Shown here in pieces: positions 58,576 to 64,000 of a stretch of 64,000 bases of DNA. Where the stretch lies: assembly GCA_035935095.1 (NCBI GenBank), contig DASYXJ010000075.1, positions 1 through 64,000 of the forward strand. The letters run 5' to 3'. How positions within the stretch are numbered: position 1 is the stretch's first letter; every line of letters begins with the position of its first letter. This DNA comes from Nitrososphaerales archaeon. Lineage in GTDB: Archaea > Thermoproteota > Nitrososphaeria > Nitrososphaerales > Gagatemarchaeaceae. The notes beneath the pieces were generated by a model, which worked only from the letters and a program-made list of their open reading frames with translations, ran no database searches and was not told where the DNA came from. The position numbers and the translations under genes were made by a program.

Positions 58576-58709
58576 GCGAAGACCTCGTCGAGGAACCATT
58601 CAAGTCAGCGGCCAAACGAGTCGAGGAGGCCTATGACAAAGCTGCCGAAGAGCTGAAAGCCAAAGTCGAGAAGTCGAAGGCCACAGCTCTAAAGAAAATC
58701 AGCCAGTAG
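58572..58709 (+). CDS. unannotated 45-aa helical mini-ORF translationally coupled to atpD
   Basis: ATG overlaps the atpD stop (ATGA). Hand-translated MSEDLVEEPFKSAAKRVEEAYDKAAEELKAKVEKSKATALKKISQ. Confidence 0.3.
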   Translation: MSEDLVEEPFKSAAKRVEEAYDKAAEELKAKVEKSKATALKKISQ

Positions 58710-58929
58710 GACCGTCGGTCCTGGTCACAACCGACTTGATTACCCTGAATATGATCGCCATCCCCGCGACGAACCCAACCGTCGAGAATGCGATGGCCAG
58801 CACGCTCTGTGAGTACCCTACTGCTCCGCCCACGTAGAAACCGAGGAGGACTCCGCCCAGCACGAGGGGTGTCATCACCAGAGCCGTCGCGAGCACCACG
58901 ACGAAAAGCGCTCGTCTCCCTTTTCTCAA
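58699..58929 (-). CDS. small membrane protein (2 TM)
   Basis: Hydrophobic 76-aa ORF downstream of nrdJ. Confidence 0.35.
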   Translation of the reverse strand: MRKGRRALFVVVLATALVMTPLVLGGVLLGFYVGGAVGYSQSVLAIAFSTVGFVAGMAIIFRVIKSVVTRTDGPTG

Positions 58930-58998
58930 AGCGTTCCTCGGCTCCGCTAGGGAGAGTAAAAATCATGCCGGAGGCCTGAACCTCCGACTTTCAGGGCC

Positions 58999-61299
58999 TT
59001 ATTCGCACTTGCTATATCCGCACGAACTGCAGTGGTAGCAACCATTCTCGAACACGAGTGTGTTCTCATGGCAGTCGGGGCAGGTCGCTCCCTGCGAGGC
59101 AGACTTGGCCTCTGAGGGGAACCCGGATTCCTTGACCACGTGATTGAGGGTCAGGAGCTCTAGGGCCTTCGCTACCGCGTCTGGAATCGATTGAAGCTGC
59201 GTCCCCTCGTCCCAGGAGACATACTTCCCTTTGATCCCCTTCAACGTGCTGATGACGCTTTGGATATCCCCGCCGTGCTGCAGGTAGAGGCTGATCAGTC
59301 TCCCCAGGGCCTCCGCGTCGGCCTTTTCGTCCCCTCCCGACTTGCCCAGCGTGACGAAGACCTCCTTGAGTTCTCCGTTCACCAGGTTCGCTGTTAGGTA
59401 CAAGCCGCCCTGAGGGAGCCTGAGTTTGAGGGTCTTCCCCTCCATCAACCTCGGCCTGCCGAAGCTCGCCTTAGGCGCCTCGGCCTTCTTTGCTACCTTC
59501 TCTGTCTCCAGTATGCCTTCCCTGCTCCCTTCTCTGTAGACCGTGATGCCCTTGCACCCCATCCTCCAGGCTAGGAGGTAGATCCCTTCGACCTCTTCGG
59601 GGGTTATCTCTTCGGGTAGGTTTACCGTGCTGGATATCGCCGTGTCAATGTGTTTCTGGATTGTTGCCTGCATCTTCACTCGCATTTCCGGCTTGATCTG
59701 GTGGGACGTGACGAAGTAGTTCGGGAGCTTTTCTTCGTCCCTGGCCCCTGTGGCCACCATGTATTCCTTCACCAGCGGGTGGAAGACCTTGAACTCCCCT
59801 TCGCTCAGCGACTTGCTACGTCTCTTGTAGACCAGGGCGAAGACCGGCTCGACCCCGCTGCTGGTCCCTGCTAGTATCGACCCTGACCCCACCGGAGGGA
59901 TGGTGGTGATGGCCGCGTTCCGTATACCCTGGGCCCTGACCTTCTCCTTGACCTTCTCGTCCAGCTTGGCGATGAAAGGCTGCGCGAGATGCTTCTCCGC
60001 GTCGAAGGCGGGGAAACTCCCCTTCTCCTTCGCCAAGTCCGTCGAGTAGTCATAGATCACATTCTTGATCCTCTCAAACAGATGGTCCACGAAGCCTATC
60101 GTCGAGTCATCGTCGTACTTCAGGCCGAGCTTGATCAGCATGTCCCCTAGGCCCGTGATTCCTACTCCTATCCTCCTGCTCCAGAGAGACGCGTCCTTCT
60201 GCTGCGGGAGCGGGTGTCTCTCGGCGTTGTAGTCTAGGACGTTGTCGAGGAAACGAACCCCGTATTGGGTCGCCTTCGTGAGGGAGTCCCAGTCGATGCT
60301 CGCTCTCTCTGTGAACGGGTCCTTCACGAATACGCTCAGGTTGACGGACCCGAGGCAGCAGCACCCGTAACTCTCGAGAGTCTGCTCGCTGCACGGATTG
60401 ACGCCTTGAACTTCCATGCCGTTGTACTCCGTCGTCGAATCTCGCTTGATCGTGTCCCAGAAGAGGACCCCGGGCTCGGCCGACTGCCAGGCTCCTTTGA
60501 TCAGGGACTTCCAGACGTCCTTGGCCCTTACGGTCCTGTTCACTTCGACTTTGTCGTTCTTGAAGTGAAGATGGAAGTCGCCGTCGGTCTCCACCGCCCT
60601 CATGAAGTCGTCCGAGATCTTCACGGAGACGTTGGCATAGTTGACCTTCCTCAGGTCCTTCTTCACGTTGACGAAGTCCATAATGTCCGGGTGGTCCACT
60701 CTGATGGTGATCATCAGCGCGCCTCTTCTTCCTGCCTGGCCTATTGTCCCGGTTGTAGTCGACAGGAGTTCCATGAATGACACGGACCCCGAGCTGTATA
60801 TCGCCGAGTTGTTGACGGGGGCCCCTCTAGGCCTGAGGACTGAGATGTCTGTCCCGACTCCTCCGCCGTAGCTGTAGGTCCGCGCGGCTTCTTTGCACCA
60901 GTCGAATATGGCTTCGATGGAATCCTCCTTTATCTTGAAGAAATAGCAGTTCAGGAGCGTAGACTTCCTCGATTGTCCGGCGCCGAAGAGGACCCTGCCC
61001 CCCGGGACGAAACGAGAATCCTGAAGGAGCCAGTAGAACTTCGATGCCCACTCCTTGCGCTTCTCATCGTCCATCTCAGGCAAGGCGAGTTCCCTCGCCA
61101 CCCTGCGCCACATGTCATCCGGGACCTTCTCCATCTGTTTGCCATCGGTGTCTCTCAGCGCGTACTTCTCATAGAAGACCCTGGCGCGCAGTTCATCTCC
61201 TCCGAACGCCGCGAGGGTTTCTGGAGGGAGCTTTACCTCTCCCTTGGTCTGTTCTCCGGCATCCGGAGAGTCACGTGGTTGCTCAACTATTGACGTCAT
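58999..61299 (-). CDS. nrdJ: adenosylcobalamin-dependent ribonucleoside-diphosphate reductase (class II) with C-terminal zinc ribbon
   Basis: Active-site GVNPCSEQTLESYGCCCLGS. CxxC...CxxC C-terminal ribbon (CPDCHEN...CYHCSSCGYSKCE). Confidence 0.85.
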   Translation of the reverse strand: MTSIVEQPRDSPDAGEQTKGEVKLPPETLAAFGGDELRARVFYEKYALRDTDGKQMEKVPDDMWRRVARELALPEMDDEKRKEWASKFYWLLQDSRFVPGGRVLFGAGQSRKSTLLNCYFFKIKEDSIEAIFDWCKEAARTYSYGGGVGTDISVLRPRGAPVNNSAIYSSGSVSFMELLSTTTGTIGQAGRRGALMITIRVDHPDIMDFVNVKKDLRKVNYANVSVKISDDFMRAVETDGDFHLHFKNDKVEVNRTVRAKDVWKSLIKGAWQSAEPGVLFWDTIKRDSTTEYNGMEVQGVNPCSEQTLESYGCCCLGSVNLSVFVKDPFTERASIDWDSLTKATQYGVRFLDNVLDYNAERHPLPQQKDASLWSRRIGVGITGLGDMLIKLGLKYDDDSTIGFVDHLFERIKNVIYDYSTDLAKEKGSFPAFDAEKHLAQPFIAKLDEKVKEKVRAQGIRNAAITTIPPVGSGSILAGTSSGVEPVFALVYKRRSKSLSEGEFKVFHPLVKEYMVATGARDEEKLPNYFVTSHQIKPEMRVKMQATIQKHIDTAISSTVNLPEEITPEEVEGIYLLAWRMGCKGITVYREGSREGILETEKVAKKAEAPKASFGRPRLMEGKTLKLRLPQGGLYLTANLVNGELKEVFVTLGKSGGDEKADAEALGRLISLYLQHGGDIQSVISTLKGIKGKYVSWDEGTQLQSIPDAVAKALELLTLNHVVKESGFPSEAKSASQGATCPDCHENTLVFENGCYHCSSCGYSKCE

Positions 61300-61453
61300 A
61301 ACGTTAACCTCGACCCCATTGCGCGGGATATATATTTCACCCTATGCTGATTCTAAGTTAACCTTCACGCGAGGAGGCGCGACCACACACGCATGACATG
61401 AAGCGTTCCGCTGTGAACTCTTCTTGACAAGATGTCAGTGCGATTCGTTCGGA

Positions 61454-63541
61454 TTACTCGGCTGTCGAATACTGCGACATGGCGACCGATTTGCATTTTG
61501 GACATCTTGCCGCGTTCTGTGGAAGCTTCGTGCCGCAGTTCCTGCAGACAGAAATGGTCCGGTCCACTTTGAAGTACGAGAGTTTCGGGGTCGCATTCAG
61601 AATCATATTGTAGATGCCTCTCACTTCATCCGACGACCCATCCAGAGTCATTGACAGGCCGCCCTGAAGTCCGACCGAGAGCTTTGACATGTAGTCCATC
61701 TTCTCAGGGTTCTCGAGATCCGCAAGAACCAGCCGCGGTGCCTGTGTATAGGCTCCTTTCTGGAGTGGCTGTAGGTTCGCCTTGCCGTATTTCTCCGCGT
61801 CGAGAGAAGCAAGCCTCATCGCCCCGTCCAATTCGAGCATCGCTACACCAAGCCTGTCTATCTTCGTGGACTTGTCGTCGGCGACCTGGCTAGCCGTCCC
61901 CACGATCTTCATCGCAAGCTCATACCTTGAGGCGGCAGTGGGGTCCCTGATCAGGCTGGCAAGGGTCTCATCGAGCCCGACCATGTTCATTATGAGAGGC
62001 ATCGTGTCCGAAGTAACGGCGTCCGACCCGGAAGCGAGGGACGGCAGCAGGCCCCGCTTCAAGGTCCTCTCAATTAGCCTCCTCCGAGTCGAAAGGGCGT
62101 CTGAAGCGACTCCGATCAGAAGCGCGAGCTTGGCCCTGAAGTACGTCTCGTCCTGGTTCGAATCGTAGGCCAGCCTCGGAAGGTTGAGACTCAGGCCATG
62201 AAGGACGCTGATGTTGTCGGCTTGTGACTCCTGAGAGAGAACGTTGGCGTTCAGGCCGAGGAAGCTCCTCCTCTGGTCCGACGAGAAGAAGGCTATCCTC
62301 CCGCCGCTGAAAATGATGGAAGCGGCATCCTTCAGAGTCTTCGTCTCATCTACCCTGTTGGGCTTGGCGAGTAGGAGCCTTACTTCGGGCCTCGGAGTCT
62401 CCGCCACATAGCTTCTGTAAGCACCCATGACAGCGTCCAATATTTTGTCCATGACGTCCCTTCCGACGTCGTCATGCCGGTACGGATTCAGGTCAATGCT
62501 GAGTGCGGGTCCCGGGGCTCCCGCCACCGGAGAGCCTATCGTCTCGAAAAAACGAAGCATCAGCGATTCCAGTTCCCTCTTCCCCCTGGATTTGCAGAAG
62601 GGGCCGACGTACTGGAGGAAGTTCCTGAAAGTCAGCTCGTCCGTTGCTTCCCGCGTCAGCATGGACGCCATGTTCAGGACAATGCCCAGAGCACGCTCGG
62701 CGTTTTCCGGGCTCGGAATCTTGGACATGTTGGAGATTCTTCCTCTGGGATTGAGTCCGGCGCTCCTCATGGACAGAAGGTCCACGAATACGGTATCGGG
62801 CATCAGTCCCCAGGACCCTGCATTGGTGATGTGGATGTCTCCTGACAGGTGGGCGTCTGCTACGTCCCTAGGGAGCTGCTCGAGAAGGAGGTACTCTGCG
62901 AACACTTGCTTACCCGTCTGGTGAATAAGCGACTCCACGTTGCCTCCGTCATCCCCCGCCTTCCCAAGGAGCTGGGTCACGTCGTAGATGGGCATGCCGA
63001 GTCTGGTCAGCTTGTGCCTGTACTCCTCCATGCTGTGCTCGACCAGCAGGGCGTTGACTATCTCACGTATCAGGGGGGCGGTGAGGTACTGGGTCTGGAA
63101 CTTGTAGAGCCTCGACTCGGTCTCGCTGGTTATCTTTTGGGCAAGCTCCACTGGCATCCCCGCCTCCTTCACGAGAGACTGCAGGATCTTGTTTGCGTTG
63201 AACTCCTCCATCGTCTGGTGGGAGGTCCTTACGTAAAGCTTCCCGCTCTCAACCAAGGACTGCTCTTCGATCTGTCGGGTAAGGTTGAGCACGAGGCGCC
63301 CCAGGTTTGTCACAGTGTACTTCCTCTCCTGCCTGTTTAGCTGGATGAGAAGTTGTTTCACAAGCTTCCTGAGATGATAGGCGAACTTCCCCGATTCCTT
63401 CTTCGATTTGAAGCCAGCCAGTGTCTTCAGCGCGCTGTAGGTCAGGGGCCCCTTGATGTTCAGAATCCGGAGAATCTCGAGCCGCTGTGGCGACGCAATA
63501 ACACTGTAGATTGTCTTGACTCTGCGAGGAGCAGCCTGCAA
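61454..63541 (-). CDS. wHTH + ATP-cone domain protein with C-terminal zinc ribbon, ribonucleotide-reductase-like (class III-like) but lacking recognisable catalytic/glycyl-radical motifs
   Basis: N-terminal HTH (ASPQRLEILRILNIKGPLTYSALKT). ATP-cone-like segment (LYVRTSHQTMEEFNANKILQSLVKEAGMPVELAQKITSETESRL). C-terminal CRNCG...CPKCKS. Immediately upstream of nrdJ. Confidence 0.45.
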   Translation of the reverse strand: MQAAPRRVKTIYSVIASPQRLEILRILNIKGPLTYSALKTLAGFKSKKESGKFAYHLRKLVKQLLIQLNRQERKYTVTNLGRLVLNLTRQIEEQSLVESGKLYVRTSHQTMEEFNANKILQSLVKEAGMPVELAQKITSETESRLYKFQTQYLTAPLIREIVNALLVEHSMEEYRHKLTRLGMPIYDVTQLLGKAGDDGGNVESLIHQTGKQVFAEYLLLEQLPRDVADAHLSGDIHITNAGSWGLMPDTVFVDLLSMRSAGLNPRGRISNMSKIPSPENAERALGIVLNMASMLTREATDELTFRNFLQYVGPFCKSRGKRELESLMLRFFETIGSPVAGAPGPALSIDLNPYRHDDVGRDVMDKILDAVMGAYRSYVAETPRPEVRLLLAKPNRVDETKTLKDAASIIFSGGRIAFFSSDQRRSFLGLNANVLSQESQADNISVLHGLSLNLPRLAYDSNQDETYFRAKLALLIGVASDALSTRRRLIERTLKRGLLPSLASGSDAVTSDTMPLIMNMVGLDETLASLIRDPTAASRYELAMKIVGTASQVADDKSTKIDRLGVAMLELDGAMRLASLDAEKYGKANLQPLQKGAYTQAPRLVLADLENPEKMDYMSKLSVGLQGGLSMTLDGSSDEVRGIYNMILNATPKLSYFKVDRTISVCRNCGTKLPQNAARCPKCKSVAMSQYSTAE

Positions 63542-63661
63542 CGCGGGCCAGACGTCGCGGTCAATTCTATTTAACAGTATGATAACGCGAATTCAGTAAG
63601 GACAATGTGATGGGACAGGAACGTAACTCTGTGACGCCGTTTACGTTTCTTCGGGCTCGAC

Positions 63662-63937
63662 TCAGAGGTCGCAGGAATCCAGAACAAGTTCGTTCGAAGG
63701 CGGCGGGGGAATGGGTGTTCCGTGAAACTCCGTGACCTTCTGCATGAACCACACATCGAATGAATCTTTGGAAACAGCCAGTCTTTCGAACGCTTTGTCG
63801 GCGTCCTTTCCATCGTCAGTAACGACTGCGAAGTCTCCCTGTGGGGTATGTTGAAGACATACGAATTCGTGTTTGATTCCTGCCCTCTTCAATGAATTCT
63901 TGAACTCTTTCCGCTTTGGACCCTTCAATTCGCTCAC
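63662..63937 (-). CDS. hypothetical small protein (91 aa)
   Basis: Clean ORF near the window end. Confidence 0.3.
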   Translation of the reverse strand: MSELKGPKRKEFKNSLKRAGIKHEFVCLQHTPQGDFAVVTDDGKDADKAFERLAVSKDSFDVWFMQKVTEFHGTPIPPPPSNELVLDSCDL

Positions 63938-64000
63938 GAAGCTCTTCCACTCTTCAGTTTTTCCTGGTAGTATTGGAATCGCGGTCGCATTTGGTCTATG

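Noticed and set aside
1-64000. CRISPR array or rRNA genes
   Set aside because: No regularly spaced direct repeats and no rRNA-like conserved stretches were seen. Intergenic regions are short and non-repetitive.

Overview
This 64 kb window reads as an archaeal chromosome segment (high GC; the repertoire points to a TACK-type lineage, but the organism is not identified). It is mostly densely packed core genes, plus one clearly foreign insertion of about 9 kb.

Core genes include:
- An A-type ATP synthase cluster (H, F, E, A, B, D subunits).
- A cobalamin-dependent class II ribonucleotide reductase with a C-terminal zinc ribbon.
- A mre11-rad50-nreA repair operon in which mre11 is split by a frameshift.
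- tiaS, trm56, tfe, nac, tsr3, alaX, a Y-family polymerase (dinB/dpo4) and an ESCRT-III/Snf7 (CdvB-like) homolog.
- A hydantoinase A/B pair beside a sarcosine-oxidase-like flavoenzyme.
- Many small zinc-ribbon proteins.

The most interesting region is roughly 7.9-17.1 kb, which is AT-richer. It begins with a tyrosine integrase and carries a HUH Rep-like gene, a wHTH regulator and a three-gene cassette (ABC/AAA_21-type ATPase, PIN-like protein, HNH nuclease). That cassette looks like a Septu-like antiviral system with an extra nuclease-like component.

Other notable items:
- A putative initiator tRNA-Met gene that appears to carry three introns.
- A free-standing I-CreI-like LAGLIDADG homing endonuclease gene immediately upstream of tsr3.
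- A large wHTH/ATP-cone/zinc-ribbon protein upstream of nrdJ that lacks recognisable class III RNR catalytic motifs.
- Unannotated cysteine-rich mini-ORFs.

No CRISPR array or rRNA gene was seen. Coordinates for features absent from the ORF track (tRNA, mini-ORFs, repeats) were hand-counted and may be off by a few bases.
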